64,000 nt of DNA from Tubiluchus corallicola (taxonomy: Eukaryota > Animalia > Priapulida), in contig JAQGDQ010000104.1 in NCBI GenBank assembly GCA_030141605.1, positions 496,001 through 560,000 on the forward strand. The letters run 5' to 3'. The translations under genes and the position numbers were made by a program. Below are positions 50,801 to 64,000 of this stretch, one piece after another. The notes beneath the pieces are model-generated. The model was not told the origin of the DNA, made no database searches, and was given only the letters and a program-made list of their open reading frames with translations. Within the stretch, counting starts at the first letter, position 1; every line of letters begins with the position of its first letter.

Positions 50801-53800
50801 TTTATTGCTGTAAGGAGATATGAACTATATAAAATTTTAAATTATTTGACAATTTGTTGAGACAAAAATGATGTTTTTTTTATAATTATTTTACTTTGCT
50901 TTAACAAATTAACAAACTTTTTTCCCTTAGCATGTAGAGCTTGAACAAATTCATTGTAATTCTTGTCATTTGTTGTTTTTCTTTGTGTATTTATTGAACT
51001 GTAAATGAGTACGAATAAATCGTATAAATAATATAATGATAAATAAATAAATAACAAATGAATGAGCGTCAATGTAAGTGAGAAATCACATAAAGCACAA
51101 GAAAACACTCTTCATAAATAAATTTAACAAATTGGCCTCGAAATTTCATATCGCTGTCGCATACAGAACTTGCATTAGCAGTAACGCTGTATAAAACTGT
51201 ACCATTAGGTACAGCCATTTTAAGGGAAACAAGTTTATATAACATTGTGTAAGGTTTGAAAACAAATCAGAGCATTCGCGGCACATTCTTTATTAACAAG
51301 CAAAAGTTTTAATTAGTTTATATTGTTAAAAAGACCAATAACGAGTATCTTGGTGAATCAGTGATGCATACTGGGATAGCAACAAACTGTCATTTTACAA
51401 GGTGGTGCGAACATTTTAAATTATTAAGAGTTTTCTCTTTCAATTACATAAGTCTTTCAAACAGGTAAGTGTAATTCTAAGTAATATAACTTTATATAGA
51501 AAGTTCTTTGCAACAAGCTTTTTTCTTCCCATTAAAAAAAGAACCACACAGAACAACTGCAAAAATATCATACAAATAAGTATATGCAAACTAAACTAAC
51601 CGAGTTATTAGCAAGTTAAACAAGCTGAAGCAAGCTGAAAACTAGTTTCAGTTATTGGATTTGCAAAATTAATACATATAAATAGCGTATATACTTATAT
51701 AACAGTCGAATTTTTGAGAGGCGATTTTAAGGTGAAATTTTTGGGGTTGACTCATACTCATATGTTTTTGGGAGATGTCACTAAAGAGTCGTCTACGATA
51801 CGAATATGTAAAGAAATAATCCTTCATTATACGCTGGACTGAATGAACACTCATACTGTGATACTTCACATCAGAGAATGTTCGCCTCTTCACATTACTT
51901 CACAAAATTAACAAATATTACTGTAATTTATTTTAATGTATGCGAGAAAGTGAGAAATCAGCCACTGAAATGTTACGACAGATCCTGGCCGCGATATCCT
52001 AGGGTTAAAAGCATTACAAGGAATTATGTGCGATGAAAGGCCAGGCTGCGTTATCATGGATTGCAGTGAGGGCCCTCAACACATATATATACATCAGGTA
52101 GGTATGATATACTCGGCCCAGGCACTTGCACGCATCTTACACGCTAACACAGTAGGCTATTGATTTATTACTCGGCCATGAATGACATCATTTACTCTGG
52201 AAGATCTTAATATTTTATGGTCGACTTATACACAGGTAATATATAAAATGATGCAATTTTTGGTCTCAAAATGCACGTCGACTTATACAAAGGGTCGACT
52301 AGTACACACGTATGTACGGTATATTTTATCTAATATGACATACAGGTGCTGTATTATTTTGTATTTTAAATCTACACTTATCAGAAAAGTTAAATCATCG
52401 TAAGACACAAGTCACTTTAACGTGCAGAAGATGATCATAAAATTTAGTGGAAACTCATCACTGCATTACATCTGTGTAATCTGTGAAGCGTATTGCATAC
52501 AGATTCGAAAGTGATTGCTATCTTCCGAATATGCATCATGCAGCAATACGCAAACAGATTATTCAGCTTATGAGATTTAGCAAGCTTCAAGTTTACGAAG
52601 AACATTTTTGCTGACTGTCTTCTTGGAAAGGTGAGTTTTGGTCGCTTCAGGATCGTACACACAATAATATTTCTTCCATTTGAGTTTTTGAGAGGTGAAG
52701 AAGCGTATAGACATATGTTGTTCTAAATGCAGCTGAAGTTCTTTTATTAAGTAGTGAAACACGCAGTGATTGTTTTTCCCCCTGTAAAATATTATGCACC
52801 CAAACCTGTGCCTTCTTTTTCATTTTTGCATAGTTGTAATGATAGGCTAACACCACTGCTGTGATTATTTCTTGACCACTGTCACACGGAAATTTTTTAC
52901 AAAGACGTGACTTCCAAAAATTATTACTTCTAATATATAATTATATCTAATTATAACAGCAACCAAATGTGGCGGAAAGACCGTTGTGAGCTTTTGCTAA
53001 TATGCATAACATTCAAGGACCCAAGGAAATAATCAATATATATATATCACACATGACGGATCACACAACATGCGCATGTGGAGTCTGAACTTAAGACAAA
53101 CGTACTCCATATCGTCCACGTTTTTCAGCTTACAACATAAAATGAGAACGAACTCCGTAAACAAACACTTTTATTTGCGATGTGAGCCCACACAAAAAAC
53201 ATTTTTACCACCTATTACCCAAAATGCACTACAGCAGCAGAAAGCAGAAGAAATAAAATAATAACAGGTTTTCAATATGTGACCTATTCAGATTCAGTAT
53301 CTATGGTAGGTACTTACCACCCTCCACAGAGGCTGTGCAGGTTGAGAGAGCTGGTAATCAACGTAGCATGTCACTTCTTGTTCGGTGGGAGTCAACGGTG
53401 CTGCCACATTGTGAGTGTGTAATTGCCTACTGGTCATGCCATGAACTAAATTGATGACATCACCGTGCTTGATGGGTTCCGGTCTATCCCCAACCGCTTC
53501 AACGTCCCTTAAAAAATTTAAATTATAAGTAAAGATTGGTAAATATACAGTAAAACATACAGTGCAACAGTTGTATGTTTGTTCGACAGGGCAGTCACAG
53601 TCTTAAAAGGTCATTAAAATTTTAAATATAGATTCGAGAAACTGACTTCTATTCCTTGCATGTAAATTATATAAACTTGCTGTTAGTGGGAATTTATTAC
53701 TGGTAAATACCAAAGTCAGAATATATCTTCTTTAGATGGCTCATACATATGGGCTTGTAATGGTGTCATAAAAAAAATAACAGAGAAAACCTTATGTGAG

Positions 53801-54915
53801 GCTGTGTGAAAAGGTGACATCAAAAGTGTTTTTATAAGACTTTTTGTCTCTTAATTAAACACGTTTCTATGTTTGACCTAACATGTTTTCATTCAGAACT
53901 AATTCTAGAAAATTTGTTTTTGTTTTGACAGATGATAATACCGATTGAAGAAAAATTGTACTACATTCACTACTGTACTACATTCTTTGTTCACATCTAT
54001 TCTACATTCTATATTCACATCTCTACCGCATTCTAGATTCACTTTTGTACTACATTCTATATTCATATCTGTACTGCATTCTATATTCACATCTCTATTA
54101 CATTCTAGATTCACTTTTGTACTACATTCTATATTCACATCTGTACTGCATTCTATATTCACTTCTGTACTACATTCTATATTCACTTCTGTACTACACT
54201 CTATATTCACTTCTGTACTATATTCTATAATTCTATATTCACTTCTGTACTACATTCTATATTCACTTTTGTACTACATTCTATATTCACTTCTGTAATA
54301 CATTCTATATTCACTTCTGTACTACATTCTATATTTACATCTATGCTACATTCTGTGTTCACATCTGCACTAAATTCCATATTCATATATGTTTAATGAA
54401 TGAAGAATTTTTTGCCTATTTTATGACTGATTTGCAAAGTTTTTCTTAAGTGAATTTTCCACGATATTATTACTGGATACATAACAGCATTTTTATTATT
54501 CACGTTGTATTGTAATCAGTCAATACACTACCCAGCACTCATACCATCCATGTAAGATAAAGTACAACACAAACTATGTAGTTTTGCGCCTTACCTTCTT
54601 TTTCATAAAGGTAAAAAACGAAAATAGCGAAACACTGCATACCTGTCTGGATGCTTAACAATCCACCAGTTATTTGCATCTTTATAGGTGTAGCATGTTA
54701 CCTGTTGTTGATGGCTGCTGCCTCTGGAAAGCAAAACAAAATTGTAAGGTGATATTCAAACTTAATACAATAAGCAACTGCAAATATCATGTAGACAGCA
54801 CAAACATAGGTACTTCTATTTTCTTTATTAATGGAGAAAGAACAAAGTTGTCATAATTAAAGAGAATGTGTGTGTGTGTATGCGTGTGTGTGTGTGAGAG
54901 AGAGAGGGGGAGATA

Positions 54916-55000
<85 letters not shown>

Positions 55001-57394
55001 CTCTCTCTCTCTCTCTAGAGCGAGAGAGAGAGAGAGAGAGATAGAAAGAGGGATAGAGGAGGAAGAGAATCAATCATCCAGTGACCAACAGCAACTGCTA
55101 CAAGTTTCCGAGATTTAATTAATTGTTTGTTTAAATGGAAAATAAATTTCGTTTTTTATTACATCACATGCCTCGTATTCTCCAACAACATATGCTTCGC
55201 AGGATATTTGCAGAGAAAAGGAGCACAGAACTCGCTAAGTCAAGAGAATAAGTTTCACTGCATATGATTCCTATTTGGTATTCCAAGTGTCATTATCATT
55301 ATATTATTACTTATTATCATTATTATTGTTCATTTATGTTTATATATTTTATTTTATTAAATATACAAATTGCAATATTATTTATTATCAATTGTAATGT
55401 TATTGTATTATTTATATCTATTTGCGAACGCATATATGTGACAATATGCGAGTAAAGATAGTGCATATTATAAAATAAACAAAAAAAATTGGCAACGCAA
55501 CAATATTTAAAGCAACTGGTGGATAACATCAGAGCACTGAATTATGGTAAACAAACAAACAAACAATTAAAGAATGAAAAAACTGTCCGACCATCATAAA
55601 ACTGACCAGTTACAGTGGTTTTAATACAAAAAAGTTTTTAATCTGCTAACGTAGCATATAGGTCCATTAAATAACATAATAGACTTAATCAAATCAAACA
55701 ACACGAATTTATATACATAATTTAGCAGCAAAATATGAAATTGTAGTACCGTTCGTCTGGATAACGGATGGGGTACACAGCCTGGTGTGAATGCAACCAG
55801 CAGGGTGTCCCGTGTGTGTGCCGCAAAGTGATCTGCGACCCGTAGACGACTGTCTGCGGCTGTCCCTTGATGATGGACGCTAAGCCACCCTAAACAGCAA
55901 AAAAATGCGAGTTCCGCGAAAGAGCATTAAACACTTATTAACTACTTGGAGAATAATAACAGAACTTGAAAAAACTTCAAATTAGGAGAATTCTGTTCTA
56001 CGTATTCGAACAGGAAGATTTCCTGTATGACATGTTGGCAAATTTCCAAAAGCACTGAATGAACTCCTGGCCAGCAAAGGCCAAAACAATTTAAAACATT
56101 TTTCCAGGGCAACGTTTTATTTTTATTAGTCTTTGATCCAATAAAATCTGATCGACTAGGTGTAGTATTCAGATTACAACAAAAATTACATAAAAAAGCA
56201 TATCAAAATTATAGCAGATCTTATAATAAAATTGGAATTTTGTAGCACTAGTTTTGAAGTTTCAATAATAAAGAACACTAAGTTTCAATAAGCTTGGGTG
56301 AGCAGTTAGTTATAATGTGTATTTAAAAAACAACATAAGTTAAGCAGCACTGAATGTGGTCAGTAAACGGATCAGTGATAGCAGAATTCAATACTTGTTA
56401 TCGATGAATACAGCCAGTTTCAATATGATGGGGTTGTTCATCTGCATTATCACCTGTGACCCAGTGACCGGGACAAAAATTGATCAAGTGACCCGAGACC
56501 AGAGATATCTTTGATACGCCGGATGTATATGAATACATGTTTAAGACATACAGCAGAAAACTAGAAATACAACCAAGTCAGCCTTATGTGATCCAATGAC
56601 CCAAATGTTGACATACCCCGTGACGCCCGTTACCTGCAGACTGGCCTGAAATGCACTCGTCATGTGGTTATCGTGCGGTCCGGCTTTCGTAAGCAGCAGA
56701 AAATGAACGTAGAAAGTGGCGACATAAATGAATGCGGGAAGAACTACAACAAGAACCGCCTCAACAGCAAGCTGAGTAATTAAACGCGACTGAAATAGTG
56801 ACAAAAATAGTTAGTTACAAAGATGAAATAATAATAAACAATCGACAAAGCAGAATTCTATTGGTAATATAGATCATTGACAATAAATACACTGTAACTA
56901 ATTAATATTTTTGACTACCAATAATCCAACAAAAGGTAGTTAAGGTTTTTTTTGTAAGCAAATGTAATCTTAAATTCTGCGCAATATAATTATTTTATAT
57001 GAAATATTTGTAAATGGTGTAAATAAAATTTGTTTTTATAAAGGAGCTACACACTATGCTTAAATGTTACACTGCAGCTTTATTAGATTTATTTATTTCT
57101 CATAAGAAGCAAAACAATGTACAAAACAATAATTACAAAATGGCAGGCGAAAAAAACTAATTGATTACAAAAAAATGCTTCAATGTGTGCTGAAGGAAAA
57201 TCTTGTAAGAACAACGTTGATAGTGAGAACGGGTTAGGTAATACAAGGCAGGGTAAAAAATTAGGGTGTGTATAGGGAAGAATGCAATTAGAGGTGCAGG
57301 TTAGTCAAGGGAGGTTAAGTAACGTGCTATGTACATTATATATGGGAAACCTCGTGAGGTTAAATACAATACATTTTTTGTATATATCTATCTA

Positions 57395-57428
<34 letters not shown>

Positions 57429-60400
57429 CTTGTATATATATTATACATAATACAGATATATTATACATTATATGCTGCTTGTTAAAATACATATAAGCTA
57501 TATACATTATGTTATTTATATGTACATATAAATATAGCTTATATGTATTTTATATGTATATATGTATATATATATTGTATACATGCTACATATACATAGA
57601 TATATATATATATATTACACAACTGCTCAACAAAATATACATAATAGACGACAATATATAAAGTTAACATTTATAACAGCACATGGTCAACCTGCAGCAT
57701 TGTTAATTATACAATTGAGAGTATGCTGCATCGAATTTCGACAAAATTTCTGGAGATACTTAATTGGTCTTTAACAAAACATTACAAGAAATTTCAATTT
57801 TTGAGCTAATCTCACAATAAACGCATTTTGCTTTATGCACTACATTTGACTGTTTAGGAAATGTGAAAACATTGATTACATAGGTGCTCTAATACAGGAA
57901 ACAAACATCACAAACAAACAGGAAAAGTACAAAAGACTTTTAGTAAGTACTTACACAGGTATAAGAAGTATCACAAATTCGTTTCCATGATTCCTCGGTG
58001 AGTAAAACAAGAACCAATAGTATCGTAACTATGCTTATATATTTTATACTGAAATACAAAAAACGATGTATGTAATAGGAAAACAGTGTACTATTAAAAA
58101 AAACATAGCATAAGTGGTTAAAGGAGCACACACACACACACACACAAATATGCGCAAACATGTGTAGACATACATATTAGCCGCACATACACATGTCCTT
58201 ACACATGAAATTTGCTTTCCATATTAAATATTAACCCCTCAATGAGGCAATAAATCAAATTGACAATCTTGTGTGCAAATGAAAATGTATACAAAAATCT
58301 TGTTCTCAAACTAACCCATTTAAAAACCAATCTGCAAGGAAACCTACCTAAAAGCAATTCCGACAGAGGAACCCAGCAAGGACAACACTAACCACCAGTG
58401 CAGTGAGAACTCCCTAGAACACAAACCCAAACATTGAATTAACACATTCTTTTTTACACGAACTTAAATAATAAGAAACTTCCAGAAACATGCAAAAAGC
58501 TCTGCAAACGTAAGTTGTCAAAAATAGCTTTCCGAAAGGAAACAGTTATTTTATATGGGAAACTTGAATATGCTGAAAGTTAGGTTTAAACGAAAGTACT
58601 TAACCTTCTTACTATATAAAATATTTTCTAAATTGCTTTCTGAATGTTTAAAATTAGGGTTAAATGAAAGTTTTTTTAAGCATCTTACTATATAAAGTAA
58701 CGTAAATTGCATTCTAAATATTATTATCATCATGTGAATCACAAGGTCACCATCTATTAATGCGGAAATTTGTTCATTCATGTAATAGGACTATATAAAT
58801 TAGCCAAGGAAGTTTTTTTCCTGGAAAACCTGTTATGATGTGCTAAAAATTATATAACAGGTTTTTCCCCACTTTGGCCACTCATGGATTAATAATATGT
58901 ATTGAAATATGTGACATGTCATTGTATTAATTATATAATTTATTGGTAGATACATCGTACTAACCCATAACGTGATGTCTAACTAAGTTTATATCACCTT
59001 AATAATTATTTTATAACATGTTTTAATTCAATGTATATTGCTTTTGTTTTTTGCTGTAGTAATTTGTAATTGTAATTTTAAAGAAGCAAACATATGAAAA
59101 TTTATACATGAACTTGATAAAACAATAAAAAATGTTTTTTTGCTTACTAATAGCCTAAATTGACGCAGTTCAAGCATGATCCATTCACAGTAAGTACGTG
59201 ACAACTGACAACAATCCGTGTTAGCGACAGTACTTTCTCTACCTGGGATCAGACATGTGCACATGGCCGCATGCGCACAACAGCCAAACACTGCGTTGCT
59301 GAAGCGCACTATGCTGGGCTGTGAAACAAAGAGTGCTACACTCATGTGCTCTTGTTCCGTACAAATATAAAAAAAGAACTAAAGAAAAAAGGCCTATTAT
59401 ATTGAATATTATCGATAATAATGAGTTGATTGAAAATAGGGGGTGCTGTAGTTGACCAATACACGAGCTGCCACTGATCATGTCTCAAGCAAAAAATTTG
59501 TCGCCTGTTCGCTCAAAAGCATCTTGCAAGATCTTAGGTACAGAAGAATGGTAAGTCGGTCAAAGATGCTAAGTGTAAGTAAGTAGGTAATAATTTATTT
59601 TGAGTAAGTAATGCGAATAAAGATATATTGAATTTAAGCTTGTTATAATATACCCAGGATAGTATAATAAGTGACGTCATGTACGTAAAATTCTGTGTAA
59701 GAATTTTTATTTAAGATTTTTGCAGAACATTTACATCTCTGGAAAAAACTTTATTACACTTAACTATATATATATATGGTTAGCCCAGTCACATATTAAT
59801 GAGTATAAAGCACGTTTAGCTATCTGGCACATCTGTTGAACCAAGGCAACAGTTAATAATGTATAAAAATTCTTTTTTACTTTTTTTATATTGTAATTCT
59901 GCTTCGAAAAGCATGCAATTTTTCAACTTTCAGCACGAACATTTTCACACAAAAAAGGTTGAGCTGAGTAGAACGATTATCAATCAAAATCAAAAGCGAA
60001 ATCAAAATCGAAAGTTTAGCTGAGTTGAGCTGAGTAATATTGTCGATCATATCCTAATATTGCGTAATATCAAAATCATTTACCGGTAACATGTTCGGCG
60101 GAAACGCAAAGTGCACAAAACTGCTAGCATCAAGAAAAGTACGTACATGGGCTCCATAAACATGAATCGAGACTGCGTCATCATTGCATTGTCTGTCAAT
60201 AAAATATTCGATAAAGTAAAGCGTGTTTATGGAAAAGGTTGTAGCCTATAGAGACACGGATCTAAAACCCAAGGCTGAAAATCATCAATAGAAAAAAAAT
60301 CAAAAACTTATAGAGGTACATTGAAAGGTCCTGATTTCTTTTTCAAGTTTCTCAATAATTTCTTCTCTTTGTCCAAGAAAGACTAGTAGTTAGTTTGCTG

Positions 60401-62909
60401 ACTAAAATAACGACATAATAGGGAGACTAATGCAATATAACAATGGGTAATCAGAAAAGTAACTATATTTCAAAAAGGAATTAGCAATATATCACATCAA
60501 GAACAGACAAAGATAAAATAAAAAGCTATACAGTTAAGCACACCAAATCTATGCCTACACACTACTGTCATAAAAGGTACAGTGCTATACATAACAAGCT
60601 CGAAAATAAACAACATGAAGATGGTTGAAATTTTATGAATGATTTATTTATACAAGACAAAAGTCATTGGCCTAGTCTCAAAATAATATTAATCAACCCG
60701 TACATAAATTAAATACTTCATAACAAATTTTAAATTTGTGTTAATTTTCTATTACATCAATAATACTATAAAAATGAACATTCTCGAACTCATTTCTGAC
60801 TCAATTCAATTCAATTTTCATTCATTTATCTCTTTATAATACTACAATAAAACATGATTAATAAAAGAATCGCTAATAAGTTTTGAAGAATGGTTAAAAT
60901 GAATAGATAGATCTAGAACTAGAGAAAGGATAGCGAAAAGACTATAAAGTCTCCTAGTCTGCTATGCTAACTATATTGCATGGAATCACAGGCGGCTTCG
61001 GGGTGGGATTTAATTGTTTATACGTCATCCTCTTTGATGAAGCACTTGCTCTAACTGAATCTATCAACTTTTCGGTGCTCTTTAGCTAAATAATCCAAGT
61101 GACTACCTGTCAGTAAATTGACAAAACACTTTGCTAGGTTCGCATTCACATTTCTCCCGTTGCACAGAGCAGCATTGCATCAGTGGTTCGTGCTGATTTG
61201 CACATTTATTAGTTCAAACTGTCCTTAAGTCACAGTTTCTCACATTTCTCACTCTAGCAGCAGAACATCAAGAAATGTTCAAAAAATACTAAAAATCTAA
61301 TTTTATAACCCTGTACCCACTTCGCTGGTTAGAAATTGTACTGCAATTGTAAAAAAAACTTGTATTTTAAACTCCAGTAGTATCTAGTGGAAGCAGTAAT
61401 TTTGCTTCAGGTTTTTTCTGTTGCCAAGCCCAGATCTTTGTCAAGAGAAGCCACCTACTGGATTTAAACATAACTTCAATGTGCTTGTGAGGTGCGTTTT
61501 GCTAATTTTGATAGTAAATTGCTTGCTTGGCTTGCATTACTGTGGTTCTTTCATTTCATCATCTCCTCACCCCTGTCTCTTAAAATGGTATGTACTTACC
61601 TGTTGGAGTGCTTCGTTTGCTTATGCAGAAAAAGCAATACCTGTTCTGGATAGTTGAGTTGATACTGTTCACTGGTACAGACGTTCATTGTTGGTCTGAC
61701 CAGTAGGCATGTTCCTGCATACCTGTAGTTAACGTATTTGTCTGGAAAGGCTGGTACACGATCTGTGATGTAACTTCTTTACCATGGAGAACTGAGCTAA
61801 GTGTTGTTTTGGCCAGAAGGACAGTGTTCCTGTTGCATAGCCTGTCTTACTCATTCTCGCTGCTGTTACATGGTTTGAAGAGCTGGTCAAGCCACAGAAG
61901 TGTGATGTTATTCCATTCCAGTCACCTGTTGGTACGTTGGTGTTGTAGACTACAAGAGGGTTGCTGGAAGTTGTTGATTAGCTGTCGTCATCTGCATTGT
62001 TATGGCTCATGGAGGATTGTCATGTTGCCGGCGTCAGCGTTGTCATTGTGGGACGATCGTCAAGTTGTGCACAACATCGTCATGAACATTCAGATAAGTT
62101 ATGCGCATTCATTTTCCTATCCTCGTCTTTCCTTGGGGGTTTTCACAGCAAGCCACTAGTAGTAATTCTGAGCTCTTATTGTTGATGTACTCTTCTTTTG
62201 TAATAATTATAGCTTTAAAATTTATGTTTCATCTTGTTTTGTTTTCAACTAAAAAGCCTTAAAAAACAGCAGACGAACCCGTGAAAATACATGTAGTATA
62301 TTTTCCTGATCATTATATAAAAATTAGGAATGCAATAGCCCTCAAAACGTTACAATGGTGGCAGTAGTTATTTTGTTTTTAACCAAATAACCCACGGCAC
62401 GTTACAATGGCGGCAGCGGTTACAAAACGTTACAGTGCTCTTGCAAATGAAAATTTGTTTGGTTGCTATGTGTTTTCTGGAATCACGACGAAAAACAATG
62501 GCTGACTTTAACAACGACTCTCTCAAGATCATGTTTTTCAGTGCACAGTGTGCACCTCAATTTCAACGTGCATTAGCTCAGCTTAGAAATAACACAAAGC
62601 GATGAACTTGGTATCAAAATGATCCTCGTGAAATAGAATGTTAATTGCCGACTTATGGATGATTTTGCTATGCAAGCACACAATTACTCATTCAATCTTA
62701 CATTCAAAATAGTAACAATTAAATGACAAATGGTGTGTAAAGGCTTTGGTAACTGTACATACCAAATATTACTAACATTGCAGCAATGCAGGCAGACCAA
62801 AAACTACAGTTGAGTTCTAACATTATGTAGAACATTGCAGGAATGATGAAACCTCCACATACAGCAGGTATTAGCCTCATGTGCCATACTGGAACGTTAG
62901 CTGTATATT
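41814..62909 (-). CDS. POMT1: Protein O-mannosyltransferase 1, partial (first exons beyond window end)
   Basis: 16 phase-consistent exons: 62763-62909 ([16 protein letters not shown]), 60084-60192 (TQSRF), 58348-58413, 57955-58048, 56634-56789 ([15 protein letters not shown]), 55750-55889 (CWLHSH), 54643-54723 ([10 protein letters not shown]), 53318-53507, 50604-50696, 49793-49910 (WNVEEHR), 48446-48549, 47225-47347, 44823-44949 (AQIHLVGN), 44144-44318 (LFLHQYLPA), 42655-42729, 41814-41916 (SWDFI, TGA). PMT plus MIR domain layout. Confidence 0.96.
43365..43900. repeat. 66-bp minisatellite, ~8 copies, in a POMT1 intron
   Basis: Unit ctctgatttggtaccactcacccttacaagccccactcatagagatgagctgacaacagcttggca; starts at 43375, 43441, 43507 and onward. 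Confidence 0.95.
45055..45400 (+). mobile_element. ~350-bp MITE family, copy 3
   Basis: ggtcaaagattaagtg ... cacttaacctctgacc; colinear with 20931-21285. Confidence 0.75.
46660..47010. repeat. Dispersed repeat; another copy is split into ~61380-61480 and ~62500-62640
   Basis: Shared tttttctgttg.caagcccagatct..ctactgg.tttaaacataacttcaat and ctcagcttagaaataaca..cttggtatcaaaatgatcctc.tgaaat. Confidence 0.7.
48716..48860 (-). mobile_element. Partial copy of the MITE at 63354-63784
   Basis: gccgcttaatagactca..ctattcaaatgtacataaaaact.tcggtaattgactcaaataa matches the reverse complement of 63640-63784. Confidence 0.7.
52170..52320. mobile_element. End of a Tigger/mariner-type element
   Basis: Repeated gtcgacttatac motifs ending ..tatgtacgg followed by TA. 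Confidence 0.5.
53965..54390. repeat. 24-bp minisatellite (tctatattcacttctgtactacat)
   Basis: About 17 copies in a POMT1 intron; source of the spurious NIECSTEV ORFs. Confidence 0.93.
54866..55045. repeat. Compound microsatellite (TG)n(GA)n(TCTA)n(TC)n(GA)n
   Basis: Seen directly. Confidence 0.9.
61590..62180 (-). mobile_element. Degraded Penelope-like element remnant (linker/GIY-YIG region)
   Basis: Interrupted minus-strand frames read [37 protein letters not shown] and [16 protein letters not shown], resembling the Cys linker and YxGQT motif of Penelope endonucleases; stops and frameshifts are present. Confidence 0.4.
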
Positions 62910-63353
62910 CTACAGGAAAAAATATGAAAAATATTAAAATTTTGTCAACAAAAACTCGATTTCATAACTATCTTGCATTTACAAAACTAAGCCCATTCAT
63001 TTTTGTTCTGTTTAATTTCGCTAATACTGAGTGGAGTGGTCACGGTGTGCGTTTGCCAATCAAAGTTAATCAATACCAACTTCGATCAATAAACACAAGA
63101 CAAAAATATTGCCGTCACTGACAGAAAATGTATATACTAGGACACATATGAATGAGAACTAAGACACTTCTACTGGTTCAATGCCCCATTCCAATAGATT
63201 ATCGTTGAGCTAGATCCCAGTCTTACTACAACCACTTGCGTATTTAATAGGCTCTGTCAGTGCATGTTAGACACCAGCCTACAGTGCTAAATAGTGCTAA
63301 AATGGTTTATCTAAGCCTATTTAAAACAAAAGAAACATAGACAAACATATATA

Positions 63354-63784
63354 CAGTAGGAGCCACTCAAGTCACTCACTTTGGGACCGAAGTGTTTTGA
63401 CCCAATTAACTGATTGAACCTATCAGAAATTCTAACGCAACTGGTTAACATATTCAAAGCAAAACTGCTATGCTACAGTATTAGCGCACGATAAGCCTAC
63501 TTGCTTACAAATAAAACGGTTCTTAACATGATTGTGTCCTCATATATTATAGTGCACAAAAGCAAAGCAAAGATGACATGAAAGTAGGAAAGGCTGTTTG
63601 GGCACATACAAATGTCTTATTTTAAGGATCTGAAGGAAAATATTGAGTCAATTATGCGGAGTTATTTGAGTCAATTACCGACAGTTTTTATGTACATTTG
63701 AATAGGAGCCGCCGTACCAGACGTTTTTGAGTCAATTCGGCAATTGAGTCTGTTAACCGTGAGTCTATTAAGCGGCGCCTACTG
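63354..63784. mobile_element. Complete Tc1/mariner-pogo-type MITE
   Basis: TIRs cagtaggagccactcaa ... ttaagcggcgcctactg; TA on both flanks. Confidence 0.8.
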
Positions 63785-63822
63785 TATTCTGTATATATAC
63801 AGACTACACATATATATATATA

Positions 63823-64000
63823 CAGTGTTCTCTCGCTACTTTGCGGTTCGTTTATCGCGGACTCACTGTTTTGCGGGTTTTCAAAAATATTAGTGTAAAA
63901 TATTTATCGTGGTATTTTCGCTGTTTTGTGGGTTTTTGTGGTACTCCGTCTAAAATATTTTTGCACATGCGTAGTATGTCTTGTACAGTAATGATGAATT
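63823..64000. mobile_element. Left end of a Tigger-like MITE (truncated by window)
   Basis: TA+cagtgttctctcgctactttgcggttc..tatcgcgg subterminal motifs inserted in a (TA)n tract. Confidence 0.55.

Noticed and set aside
53905-54298. Repetitive ORFs on both strands (NIECSTEV / FTSVLHSI)
   Set aside because: Products of the 24-bp minisatellite with no splice or homology support.

Overview
AT-rich, intron-rich eukaryotic genomic DNA from a metazoan, probably a marine invertebrate deuterostome such as a tunicate (species cannot be fixed from sequence alone). Five spliced genes were rebuilt by hand from GT-AG sites with consistent phases. On + there is the 3' part of a RECQL/RECQ1 helicase (675-6348). 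On - there are four co-oriented genes: an unrecognised ~282-aa secreted cysteine-containing protein (7118-13230), lysosomal glucosylceramidase GBA (15664-31056), a probable ortholog of the meiotic BRCA2-MEILB2 partner BRME1/C19orf57 (33206-39558), and most of POMT1 (41814-62909, 5' end outside the window). Introns carry MITEs, tRNA- and 5S-derived SINE remnants, LINE and Penelope-like fragments, and minisatellites. The most notable items are the apparently invertebrate BRME1, the orphan secreted gene, a minimal hammerhead-like motif with a G3-C8 compensatory swap, inverted MITEs flanking the catalytic GBA exon, and a DAXX-like SIM on RECQL. Homology calls come from remembered sequences, not from database searches.
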